Source: Octopus vulgaris
Taxonomy: Eukaryota
NCBI GenBank assembly: GCA_951406725.2
Contig: OX597840.1
Location: 15,562,001 to 15,626,000 of the forward strand
Direction: 5' to 3'
Length of the DNA stretch: 64,000 bases
Notes under the pieces: model-generated
What the model was told of the DNA's origin: nothing
Databases searched by the model: none
Seen by the model: only the letters and a program-made list of their open reading frames with translations
Shown here: one piece after another, positions 26,750-39,977 of the stretch
Layout: each line of letters opens with the position of its first letter
Position numbering within the stretch: position 1 is the first letter of the stretch
Program-made: the position numbers and the translations under genes

Positions 26750-28310
26750 TTATAAGGAAGTACTCCCATATTTGTCTGAGTGTTGGGTCTTTTGGGTGCT
26801 TGGATAAGATGCGGATGTCAAGTTGACCCAAGTACCTCCATGGTGGTCTTTGGCATGTTGGTAGAGTATGGAGGATTGTTTTCTGTCATCATATTGTCTT
26901 AGATGTTCATTTATCCGTTCCGCAATGCTCCTAGATGTCTCTCCTATGTACGTCATGTTCATGTCTTTACAAGCACCTTCTATGCATCTTATGCTGTAAA
27001 CTACATTTTGAGTTCTACAGTTAATACCAGGGCTAATTCTACATACCATGCAGTTATCATTGGTGCATGTGGTATTCTTAAACGGGTACATCCCACATAG
27101 TTGTGATCTGACGGAGTTCCCTGGCTTTTCAACAATTTTAATATTGAGTTTGGCCTCCTTCAGAACTTTTCTAAATCTACGGGCTAGATCTCCATGTTCT
27201 GTGACCTCTACAAACATTACTCCTTGATATTTGTTGGGTTTATACCATGTGTTCGCTCTATTTGCTTTGTCGCAAGTTCTTTGCATTCTATTCCATTCTT
27301 TGTTTCTATATCTAGGGCAGGTACCACTGGTATCCTTACTCTCTTTACTCTCTTTTACTTGTTTCAGTCATTTGACTGCGGCCATGCTGGGGCACCGCCT
27401 TTAATCGAGCAACTCGACCCCGGGACTTTGTTAGCCCAGTACTTATTCTATCGGTCTCTTTTGCTGAACCGCTAAGTGACAGGGACATAAACACACCAGC
27501 ATCGGTTGTCAAGCAATGCTAGGGGGACAAACACAGACACACAAACATACATGCACACACACACATATATATATACATATATGCGACGGGCTTCATTCAG
27601 TTTCCATCTACCAAATCCACTCACAAGGCTTTGGTCGGCCCGAGGCTATAGTAGAAGACACTTGCCCAAGATGCCACGCAGTGGGACTGAACCCGGAACC
27701 ATGTGGTTGGTAAACAAGCTACTTACCACACAGTCACTCCAGTGCCTAATGTTATCTAATTACATATAATGTTATCTAATTTCTTTCTAGCCCCACTGTA
27801 TATACGAACCCTATCTTTCTGATCATATCCAGAGAACTGTATATGTTTCTTCATTTCATAGGGTTCACATAGTGGGGACACATTGTTCATTATTCTAACT
27901 AGGTCTGCTATTAGTATATGTTAATTTTCATGTTGTGTGACAAAGCTGAGTTCTTGTGAACAACATATTTTGAAGTTACAGGTTTCATGTAATTAGAGTG
28001 GAGGAGCTGCACTCTATTGTTCACATTCTCTAACCAAAGTTCAGTATCAAGTACTGGGAGTCTATTGTTAGGGTTCTTAGTGGGGTAATCTGTAGTTACC
28101 TTGATACTTTGGTGGATGGAGTTAGCTATTTGCTGGATGCTCTCCATTACGTTCTTCTCAGTCTCTACATCACTAGAGTTGGTTCTAACTATGATATTAA
28201 TGTCATCTACATATCTACTGTAGATTAGAAGAGTTGTGGACTGTTCTGCTAACATTTGTTTAAATTTTCTGTCCCACCATGTCATGAAGAGGCCAGCCAT
28301 TCAAGGTGCA
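26750..28310 (-). mobile_element. Penelope-like retroelement fragment (RT C-terminus plus GIY-YIG endonuclease), interrupted by a SINE
   Basis: 28300-27911 encodes IYSRYVDDINII...LPVLDTEL...YMKP (PLE-type RT). 27286-26750 encodes C..C..C..C then VVYSIRC...YIGETSRSIAERINEH (GIY-YIG). Confidence 0.88.
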
Positions 28311-28752
28311 GCCATTGGTGTAGGTATAGCTGGAGATGTGGCACAAGGAGACAGAGGTGCATACATATACAAACACATGCTCACACACGCACACATAGAA
28401 AATACACAAATACGGACAGGCAAGCACATAAATATGCAGGATACGTACATACAGATGCACAAACATACATACATATGCATACACACACATATGTACATAC
28501 ACATGCAAATACACACACACATACGTACATGCATGCATGTATAGGCACACACACACACTGACCCATACACATGCGCACAAACAAATAAAAGGGAGCGCAG
28601 TGTAAATAATGGACAGAGTCAAGACTATTGAAAAGGTTGCAAGATGCAACGAAAATTTTAGAAAATAAAAATAAGAAATAAGTGGAAATTTTACCGGTGA
28701 GTGTGTTAAATAATAAGGCACTAAAAGAGAATGACTCTCCCCAGACACAACA

Positions 28753-28789
<37 letters not shown>

Positions 28790-28807
28790 CATACATACAT
28801 ACATACA

Positions 28808-28840
<33 letters not shown>

Positions 28841-28865
28841 GCATACATGAATGTATATATGTGTG

Positions 28866-28915
<50 letters not shown>

Positions 28916-30506
28916 AAAATTAAGGGTAAAAATTGATGTTAGTCAATTAAAACCAGTGGTCTAGCACATTAAAAAGAATCCGAAGATTAAAATATTTATA
29001 TATACCAATTAAGGACTGAACACGAAAAGGTGGACAGTCAACATGCTAGATATAGACGTCAAATCGCCATTCTCCACAAAGATTTTGTTCTCAAATAAAA
29101 ATAAAATTCAGCACGACCTAAAGCAATAGATAAGACAAAAGAAATGGATGAGAACAAAATCTTTGTGGAGAATGGCGATTTGACGTCTATATCTAGCATG
29201 TTGACTGTCCACCTTTTCGTGTTCAGTCCTTAATTGGTATATATATATATATATACACATATGTATACACATATAGGTGCAGGCATCGCTGTGTGGTAAG
29301 AAGTTTTCTTGCAATCCACATGGTTCTGAGTTTAGTCCCACTGCATGACACCTTGGAAAAGTGTCTTGTCTTCTGCTGTAGTCTCAGGCCAACCAACGCC
29401 TTGTTAATCGATTTGGTCGACAGAAACTAAAATTAGCCCGTCATATATATGTATGTGTGTATATATCTGTGTGTATATATGTCTTTGCTTCTGTTTTTGT
29501 GCCCCATCACTGTTTGACAATTGATGTTGGTGTGTTTACATCTGTGTAACTTACCGGTTCAACCAAACAAATCAAAATAAAAAGTGCAAAGCTTAAAAGA
29601 GAAAAAAAGTACCGGGGTTGATTTATTCAACTAACAAATTCTTCAAGGCGGTGCCCCAGCATGACCACAGGCTACTAACTGAAACAAGTAATTGATAAAA
29701 GGTATATAAATAGCTGCATCAAAAAGTTCTGATCTCTAATTGAAGAGTGAATGCAGAAAGGAGTAAACCCAGGAAGATGAGAGATGTACTGATGGGAAAG
29801 GACCTTCAGGCATTAGGACACACAGAGGAAATGACAAGGGCAGTCCGCTGTGCTTGAGAATCTTGGTTGTCTTTTCACATACAAGCATGTCCCCTAGATC
29901 CCTTTTCAGCTGAGTGATCCTAACCTTACTGGCTCATGGGTGCTGGTGCCATGTAAAAGGCACCCATGGCTGTGTCACATAAAAGTATCCATGCCAGTGC
30001 CACACAGAGGGGCATGTGTGTAAAAACATCCAGGAAATTCATCCATAGAAACCATCCCAAAACAGACACAAAGTCTGGCAGCTCTTCAGTATATATATAC
30101 TCTTTTTAATCTCTACTCTTTTACTTGTTTCAGTCATTTGACTGTGGCCATACTGGAGCACCGCCTTGAGTCGAGCAAATCGACCCCAGGACTTATTCTC
30201 TGTAAACCTAGTACTTATTCTATCAGCCCCTTTTGCCGAACCACTAAGTTATGGGGATGTAAACACACCAGCATCAATTGTCAAGTGATGTTGGAGGGAT
30301 GAACACATACACACACACACACACACACATATTGTTAGCCACTACACACATTTTTTTCTCTCCTTGTTTTTTCTGTGTCCCTTTCTGTAGAAGAGTGTAA
30401 GCTTGAAACGTAAAAGACTTTTTCTATTCCTGAGTGTTATACTAATACATCTGCTTGTTTTGTACACCACCTGTCTTCATTGTTTGGTTTTTTCATAAAC
30501 TCTCCC

Positions 30507-30538
<32 letters not shown>

Positions 30539-30756
30539 TACGATGGGCTTCTTTCAGTTTCCGTCTACCAAATCCACTCACAAGGCCCGAGGCTATAGTA
30601 GAAGACACTTGCCCAAGGTGGCACGCAGTGGGACTGACACCGGAACCATGTGGTTCATAAGCAAGCTACTTACCACACAGCCACTCCTACGACTATATAT
30701 ATGAATATTTCAATTTATAGGAAAGATCCAGGGGAATAATTACAAGGTAGCCAGAT

Positions 30757-31095
30757 GTGAAGGCACATGGCTCAGTGGTTAGAGCATTGAGCTTACGATC
30801 GTGAGGTTGTGAGTTCAAATCCCGGACTGGGCTGCATGTTGTGCTCTTAAGCAAAACACTTTATTTCACGTTGCTCCAGTTCACTCAACGGTAGGATTGA
30901 GTTGTGATGTCACAGGTACCAAGCTCTATCGGCCCCTTTGCCTTTCCCTTGGATACCATCAATGGTGTGGAGAGGGGAGACCAATATACATGGGTGACTG
31001 CTGGTCTTCCATAAACAACCTTGCCCGGACTTGTACCTGGAAAGGTAACTTTCTAAGTGCAATCCCATGGTCAGTCATGACTGAAGGGGGTCTCA
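30757..31095 (+). repeat. tRNA-derived SINE family C (also 21440-21775, 19885-20180, 55800-55950(-))
   Basis: TGGCTCAGTGGTTAGAGC (A box) ... GAGTTCAAATCCC (B box), followed by a conserved non-tRNA body. Confidence 0.8.
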
Positions 31096-31374
31096 GCAGC
31101 CAGATGTCACATATATTATGTCCTAGCAATCCGTGATCACATTAGTGCAGGAGTTAATTCTGGGGAGAAGCAAGATGTATTTTGGAGAACATGGGGAAAA
31201 AATTGAAAATGGAGATAAACACTGAAGATGTTGTTAAAACATTGATGTTTTCATATCGTCAACATATGTTTTGATGGATATCCATCAAAACATATGTCAA
31301 AGATATGAAGACATAAATGTTTTAACAACATCTTCAGCATTTTTCTCCATTTTCAGTTTTTCATCTATATATGC

Positions 31375-31405
<31 letters not shown>

Positions 31406-31488
31406 ACGGCAGTGCATCAGCTTGGCCGCAGCTCTGAGCTGAAACTAGAGAGAGAAAAATATATATATATATAAAAAGAGTAAAATGA

Positions 31489-31547
<59 letters not shown>

Positions 31548-31951
31548 GAAATGAGGTACTCAGATACGTATGTATATGTGTGAATATGTACATATATGTA
31601 TATATGTATAATATATATATGAATATATATATATATATATATATATATTCATATATAGATATATAATATAATATGATGTAATATAATATAATACAATATA
31701 ATATAATACAATAATATAATAGAATTAGAAAGTCATTGTTACAGTATTATATATTTGAAAAAATGAAGAAAAATGGCTTTTCCGCTAATTAGATGTTTAT
31801 AAATTATTAGGTGTTTCTAATGATTTATAACCATCTAATTATTAAAGTGGAAAAATTATCAGAAAAGACATTTCTATTCATTTTTCATTTTTGCTAGTGA
31901 GTGTGTATAAGTATATATGTGTTTGTATATAAGTGTATGTGTGTCTGTGCA

Positions 31952-32026
<75 letters not shown>

Positions 32027-32726
32027 CTTTTAAATTTGTTTATGGGAAACGTTTTGAATATGCAAATGAAACTCCTATTCCTGTATTCTGGCCACAGTCT
32101 AATGATGCTGACTGGTGAACCAGTTTTTTGGGAGGGCATTGAGCTGTACTGATATAATGTAGGATAAATATAATAATAATAAATATAATCCTAGGGTGGA
32201 ATTTATAAACATTTAATGCATCCCTACGCATGTTTCCACAAATCACATGTCTCTTTAGATCACAGTCCATATTCCTGGAATATGAAATGTGATCATTATT
32301 ATTATTGAATGTTATCATTACATATATATAAATGAGTAAATATTCAAATGAATATTCATATAGGTATTATTATTATTATTATCATTATTATTATTATTAT
32401 TATTATTAGTAGTAGTAGTAGTAGAAGTAGTAGTATAATTATTATCATTAGCAGTAAACATATAAAGAATTAATAATAATAAAAGTAATATTAGTGGGCA
32501 GCAAGCAATAATGCCGTTATATGGCAAATCAATAAAATTTTATAATTGATAAATGATTATAATAGAGGGTACACTAAGTACCAGCTTGCTTAAATAAGTT
32601 AAAATACTCAAACAAGCCACCAAACTCACTGAAAATTATAACAGACCAATAGAAATTGAGCAAAGCAGCAGCAGAAAATTTAACATTTTAACTCAGGTGA
32701 AAGCTGTAGAATGAGGTAGTGGATAT

Positions 32727-32779
32727 ACCTGGATCGTGATTTCAAATTCTGGATTACTTCTCAATTTTCTTCAGCAGGT
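32727..32779 (-). ncRNA. Minimal type I hammerhead motif
   Basis: Reverse complement reads ACCTG CTGAAGA AAATT-14nt-AATTT GAA AT-cacg-AT C CAGGT. Confidence 0.62.
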
Positions 32780-33713
32780 CTTACTAAATGCCCAGTGTTA
32801 AACTCCTACATATATACGTGTATATATATATAGTCAAAATTTAGATTAGCTGAAATGTGTTTGTCACATATTTCAACTGCTAAAGGCAAATACACTTTTG
32901 AATTACAGGTACAAATCACTTTTGCCAGCTGAGTGGACTGGAGCAATGTGAAATAAAGTGTCTTGCTTAAGGACACAAGGCACTACCAAGAATTGAACTC
33001 ATTGCATTAGGATTACCTAACCACTAAGCTAGGCACCTTCACATTTGGTGTGGGTGTGTATAGTTGTATATACATATGTGAGAGTATATGTATATACTCT
33101 TTTTACTCTTTTACTTGTTTCAGTCATGTGACCATGGCCATGCTGGAGCACTGCCTTTAGTCGAGCAAATCAACCCCAGGACTTATTCTTTGTAAGCCTA
33201 GTACTTATTCTATCAGTTTCTTTTGCGTAAACACACCAGCATTGGTTGTCAAGCGATGTTGGTGGGGACAAACATAGATACACAAACATATACACACGCA
33301 TAGGCGCAGGAGTGGCTGTGTGGTAAGTAGCGTGCTTACCAACCACATGGTTCCAGGTTCAGTCCCACTGCGTGGCATCTTGGGCAAGTGTCTTCTGCTA
33401 TAGTATCGGGCCGACCAATGCCTTGTGAGTGGATTTGGTAGACGTAAACTGAAAGAAGCCCGTCGCGTATATATGTATATATATATGTATGTGTGTGTAT
33501 GTTTGTGTGTCTGTGTTTGACCCCTAGCATTGCTTGACAACCGATGCTGGGGTGTTTATGCCCCCGTCACTTAGCGGTTCGGCAAAAAGAGACAGATACA
33601 ATAAGTACTGGGCTTACAAAGAATAAGTCCCGGGGTCGAGTTGCTCGATTAAAGGCGGTGCTCCAGCATGGCCGCAGTCAAATGACTGAAACAAGTAAAA
33701 GAGTAAAAGAGAA

Positions 33714-33746
<33 letters not shown>

Positions 33747-34824
33747 TACATACATATATAGGACGGGATTCTTTCAATTTCTGTCTACCAAATCCACTCA
33801 CAAGGCTTTGGTTGGCCCGAGGCTATAGTAGGAAACACTTGCCCAAGGTGCCACGTAGTGGAACTGAACCTGGAACCATGTGGTTGGTAAGCAAGCTACT
33901 TACCACACAGCTACTCCTGTGCTAATAATGATGATGAAAAAGACGAGGTGGAGGTAGAAGATAGGTGGTGGTGGTGGAAGTAGCAATCGTGATGGTGATG
34001 GTGAAAGTAGCAGTAGTGATGACAGTGGTGATGGCGATGGTGGTGGTGTAGGTGGTGTCTTCTGTAAATTGTTATCTCAATGTGAAGAAATGAAATAAAG
34101 GCAATGGAAAAAAAAGCTTCACAAAACATTGTAAAATATGAAACTGAAGAAAATTTTCTTTTACAAAGAAATCCCTTTGTTTAATGAGGCCGAAAGGCAA
34201 CTTGGCAAAAAGTAATTTTCCCTCAAATCTAATTTATTCGTTTGTTTATTTTTATAATTACTTTTCTAAGAGATAACGAGAAAATGAATAACTTTTAAAT
34301 CCCTAAACAGCTTCTTATACATCTTGAAAGTCCTGCGCCATTTATCACTCTCACTGGCCCTGTACCATCACCGCATCCACCTATGAAAGCCCCATTTCAT
34401 TACTGCCATCCCCATCACCACACATGAAAGCCATCCAGCACTACCATCACAACCTGTGTTATCACCCGTGAACAATTTCTCAGAATGATAAGAGCTTCCT
34501 ATCATTTTCCCCCTGCGTCTGAATATAGCATCATGTCATAGCACTATTAAGCTTTCGTTTCCTTCCCAAATCTTCCCTGATGAGGAATTCCCACAACTTG
34601 CTCTCACGGTAGTCCTGGATATGTAATGGTTATTTGATTGACCCTTAGTCATAACCCTATTCTCTGAGGACTACAACATATTTCTATGTTGACATTACCA
34701 TTTTCTCTCTTTTTTCCCATTCTTTCCATTTCTCTGTAATCACCTACCCCTACACTTTTTTCTAGTGCATCACTGTAATCTCCTCTCTGCTGTTGCCCTT
34801 CATGTAATAATAAATGTTATTATT

Positions 34825-35450
34825 AATGCCTTTGTACAGCTTCTAATGCTGGAGATGTACTACAGTGTCAGCTGTTCACTAACAGTGAACTAAGGTAACA
34901 CCTCTCATTTTTTGAGCACCTTCCAGAGTTTTTCGAGCGTTTCCAAGCAATGTTGTTTTCTGCAAGTGCTCCACCCTTATTACAGTCCCTATGTACTTCT
35001 CAAGATTTTTACTCACTGTTACCAGGCTCCTACAATTATTGGTACTACTACCACCTTTTTCATCAACCACAGCTGCTTAACCTCCCAAGCTAACCTGTGA
35101 TGTCTATCGACTTTTATTTCCTTATCACACACCTTGTTATCAGCAGGGCATGCTATATCTATGATCCAGGTGATTATTATTATCGCTATGATGATCCCCA
35201 ACTACTTCTGCTCGTGATCAGAGATGCATATATCATCAGCCACTAAGAGACATGCTCAACTTGTTACGGTCAAACAACTGACAAGCAAATCTGTGGTATT
35301 GAGCAGAATATTTGCTGTGGCCCATCTTTTTATAACAAGACAAAACAATGTACAGGATGACACTTCCAATCAGTTAAGATCAGAAGCCACGAGAGTGACT
35401 GCCTGGTACTGCATCAGCGCATAGCCACTGCCTGGTACTGCATTACTGCA
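34825..35450 (-). mobile_element. Internally deleted RLE-type non-LTR element (R4/Dong-like)
   Basis: Frameshifted translation IIDIACPAD...KE..K...LAWEVKQLW..KKVVVVPIIVGA / VSKNLEKY...LQKT.LLG.AR matches the C-terminal restriction-like endonuclease region. Both flanks are (TAA)n-like. Confidence 0.7.
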
Positions 35451-35693
35451 TTTATTATTATTATTATTATTATTATTATCATCATCATCAAGGTGGTGAG
35501 CTAGCAGAATTGTTAGCATGCTGGTTAAAATGCTTAGTGGCAGTTCATCCATTCTGAGTTCAAAATTCCAAGGTTAACTTTGCCATTCATCCATTCAGGG
35601 TTGTTAAAATAAGTACCTTTTGAATACTGGGGTTGATGTGATTGACAAGCCCCCTAACTGAAAATTTCAGGCTTTGTGCCTATAGTAGAAAAG

Positions 35694-35750
<57 letters not shown>

Positions 35751-37595
35751 GAGGTGGCAAGCTGGTAGAACAGTTTGCACGCTGGGTAAAATGCTTAGTG
35801 GCATTTCATCCATCTTTACGTTCTGAGTTCAAATTCCACCGAGGTCGACTTTGCCTTTCATCCTTTTGGGGTCAATAAAATAAGTACCTGTTGAACACTG
35901 GTGGGCAATGTAATCAACTTACCCCCTCCCCTGTTACTGCTGGCCTTGTGCCAAACTTTGAGACCATTGTCATTATTATTATTACTGCTATTATTGAAGG
36001 CAGCAAGCTGGCAGAATAATTAGCACACCAGATGAAATGCTTAGTGGTATTTCACCTGTCACTGTGTTCTGAGTTCAAATTCTGCTGAGGTCGACTTTGC
36101 CTTTCATCCTTTCAGGGTTGATAAATTAAGTACCAGTTGTGTACTAGGCTCGATCTAATTGACTGGCCCTTCTCCCCCACAAAATTTCAGGCCTTGTGCC
36201 TACAGTAGAAAGGGTTATTATTATTGAAGGCAGTGAGCTGGCAGAATTGTTAGCACACCAGACGAAATGCTTAGCGGTTTTTCGCCTGTTGCTACGTTCC
36301 GTGTTCAAATTCCACTGAAGTCGATTTTGCCTTTCATCCTTTTGGGGTCAATTAAATAAGAACCAATTGAAGACTGCAGCCGATGTAATCGACTCGTCCT
36401 CATCTCCCCCGAGCTGCCCTTGTGGCAAAAATTTGAAATAATTATTATTATTATCATTATTGAGTGAGAGAGCAGCGCATGCCATCAAAGTGACCCTGGC
36501 TTACAAATATTCGAAGCCCAATATACCCATCATGGCTACCTGTTTGATAAGGGTACACCAGGCATATGCATCACAATCATATGTGCACAACATTGTGATT
36601 TCATATCAAGATAACCAGCACATGACCTTCCAAGTGGGACCCAGTTAGAATTTTCTTCAGGTCAAGTAACTCATTCTGCTCAAAAGGTCCCTGAATAAGG
36701 TTTGTTTTAAGGATGATGAACGAAAACATCCATGTTTCCAGAGGTGAATTATTCAAATCCCAAAGAATTCCTCTATACACATGGCTATGATACTCCCCCA
36801 CTACTTCTGCCCATGATCAGAGATGCACATATCATCAGCCACCAAGGGACATACTCAACTGATTCAAGGTCAATTACATAAGTACCAGTTATGCACTAAT
36901 GTAATCGACTCATTCGCTCCCCCAAAATTTCAGGCCTTGTGCCTATAGTATAAAGGAAGCTGGTAGCATCATTGAAGCATTAGGAATATGGCTTATCATG
37001 TTTATTCCAGCAATCCATGTTCTGAGTTCAGATATGACTCAGCTCAACCAATTCCATATTTGACAATGTTCTGGGAATTTTTTTTTTAATTACCGTCATT
37101 TCTTATCTTCACACTGAAATAACAATTTACTGAACACCAAGGCAGTGAGTTGGCAGAAATGTTAGCATGCCAGGCAAAATTCTTAGAGGTATTTCGCCTG
37201 CCTTTATGTTCTGAGTTCAAATTCCGCCGAGGTCAACTTTGCCTTTCATCCTTTCAGGGGTCGATTAAATAAGTACCAGTTACATACTGGGTGTCGATAT
37301 AATTGACTTAATCCGTTTGTCTGTCCCTGTTTGTCCCCTCTGTGTGTAGCCCCTTGTGGGCAGTAAAGAAATAAGAAATGTTAGCATGCCAGGCAAAATT
37401 CTTAGCGATATTTCGTCTGTCTTTACATTCTGAGTTCAAATTTCACCGAGGTCAACTTTGCCTTTCATCTTTTCAGGGTCGATAAATTAAGTACCAGCTG
37501 CGTACTGGGGTCTATCTAATCGACTGGCCCTCTGCCTGCAAATTTTGGGCTTTGTGCCTAGAGGAGAAAAGAATTTACAGAACACCGTCACCACA

Positions 37596-37626
<31 letters not shown>

Positions 37627-38370
37627 CAGCAGCAACAACCACCACTACCACCACATCCACCTCCTCAACTACTGCTACCACTACTACCACCACCACTACT
37701 ACTACTACTGTCATCACTACCACTGCCTCCACCATCACTGTCTCCACTTCTACCACCACCACCACTGCTGACACCCCCCTGCCATTTATCTTCTTAGGGA
37801 TCCCACATCTGTTCATTCTTCATGCAACAAATGCTGACATCAAATTTATGGAAAGAATTGTCTTACAGGTGATGTTTCATCATGCTAGAAATAACAGCTA
37901 AGTGTCTTCAATTTGCACTGTGTTTCATATAGAAATGAAGGACACTTAAAATATAATCTCTCTCAGTGATCTCATTATATGTTAATGTATCACTCCACCA
38001 CACTTTGTTTTCTCTCTTATCTACCCCCACCCCTACCCTGGGAAGAAATATGGAGACTTATCCCAGTGTAAGATATTGCTGTTATGAAGATGCTACATTG
38101 GCATTAATAAGTTAGAATGACTCATGAAATACCTTGTGGTATTTAGATAGGTCCCTTTATGTACCAAGTTGAAATATGGCCAGTATCAACTTTTGTCTTT
38201 CTTCCTTACTGGGTTGATAAAAATCAGTAAAAACGCATATGGACATTTCCATTAACATATGCGTGTGTGTGTATGTGTGTGCACACACACATGTGTGTGT
38301 AACAAATGTGTATGTATATATATATATATATATAAAAATTTATATATAGATAACAAATATATACATGTAT

Positions 38371-38419
<49 letters not shown>

Positions 38420-38514
38420 GATAATTATATATATACTTATATATAAATAACATATTTATACATATATACATATATATACACACACACATACATATATTTA
38501 TTTATGGATAACAA

Positions 38515-38602
<88 letters not shown>

Positions 38603-39316
38603 AGAGAGAGATAACAAATATATATAGATAACAAATACACACACATTCACACACACACACTGTTATAGTATTTTTACATAGATGTATTTACGTAATACGC
38701 ACACATATGTATGCATTTAATACATATGTACACAATTCTATACATACATTTACGTGTGTGTGTGTTTGAGTACATTTACATAAATATATACATACATACA
38801 CACTCTCAAATACACATGTAATGTATGTAGATGTGAGAGTAGCTATATATATATATATATACATGCGCAGATAACTTTGTGTGTGTGTGTTATGAATTAA
38901 TGGACATTAATTTAATATAAGCTATATTAAATTTGCAACTCTAAGAAGAGAGCTGCTTCCCTTCATTGATGTGTATCAGAGCATAAATCTCTGACATTGC
39001 CAAGTAAACAACTTAGCAGCTACATTGATGAATGTCTGCGAGGAGGGATGGACTTTCTATCTACACACCTTGTATTAGTGGGGCTAGAAGTGTAACATTT
39101 ACGATAATGATGATGATGATAATATACATACATACATACATATATATATATACGCATACATATTTACATGCATATACATACTTGTAGTTATATATATATA
39201 TATATACATACACACATGCATATATACATCTGTATGTATGTATTTATGTACATATGTGTATGCATATATATATATACATACACACACACACACATGCATA
39301 TATACATCTGTATTTA

Positions 39317-39352
<36 letters not shown>

Positions 39353-39936
39353 ATATATAGTGTGTGAGAGGTATTTGAAGATTATATTTGGTACTTTAAT
39401 AAAATAACTCTAATCTACCAAAAGCCAAATGTATTTTAATAAAAACTTCTGCACATGTTCTCGATAAGCTTTCTTATCAGAATATTCTATGAATCTACCT
39501 TCAGCTTCAATGACTGCTTCAACACGTGTAACTGGAGTTGTTGACATGCCTGCACTAAATGGTCTTTATTAATTTTAGATATCACAAGAACAGTGGTAAC
39601 CTTCACTGAAGCTGTGGTATTGTGAGGATGCTGATTAGCTTCTTTTTCAACAAATCTCCAAATGTTGGAGGCCAAAAGTTTGGTACCATATGGTCTGACA
39701 TCTTAGAATAGAAATATTATTATTTCTAAGTCTCTCTAAAGGAGACTACGGCAGCGGTACTGGATATTAATAGTTATCGCCAAGCTAATATGGCAGTCCA
39801 GAAATACAGGACAAATGCTGCCGTTGATTAGCTCCAAGAGGCCATCGTCTCTAGCTTGCTATGTGACACATGAACCTGTGTCCATTATAACCTTCAAACA
39901 AAGGAGGTCAGCTGCTTCCCCTTGCTGGTCAGGCAT

Positions 39937-39977
39937 CTGCAGACTAGTTTCAGAGTATTTGCCCCTTATCAATGCAG
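39937..39977 (-). ncRNA. Minimal type I hammerhead motif, U3-A8 core variant
   Basis: Reverse complement reads CTGCA TTGATAA GGGGC-aaat-ACTCT GAA AC-ta-GT C TGCAG. Confidence 0.68.

Noticed and set aside
30768-30830. tRNA gene candidates in SINE heads
   Set aside because: A and B boxes are present, but there is no convincing cloverleaf and each is followed by a SINE body.
34575-34610. CTGATGA followed by GGAATTCC
   Set aside because: No GAAA or stem I partner; at best a heavily decayed HHR.
37545-37901. Mucin-like poly-Thr ORF
   Set aside because: (ACC/ACT)n repeat that begins inside a SINE; no splice support.
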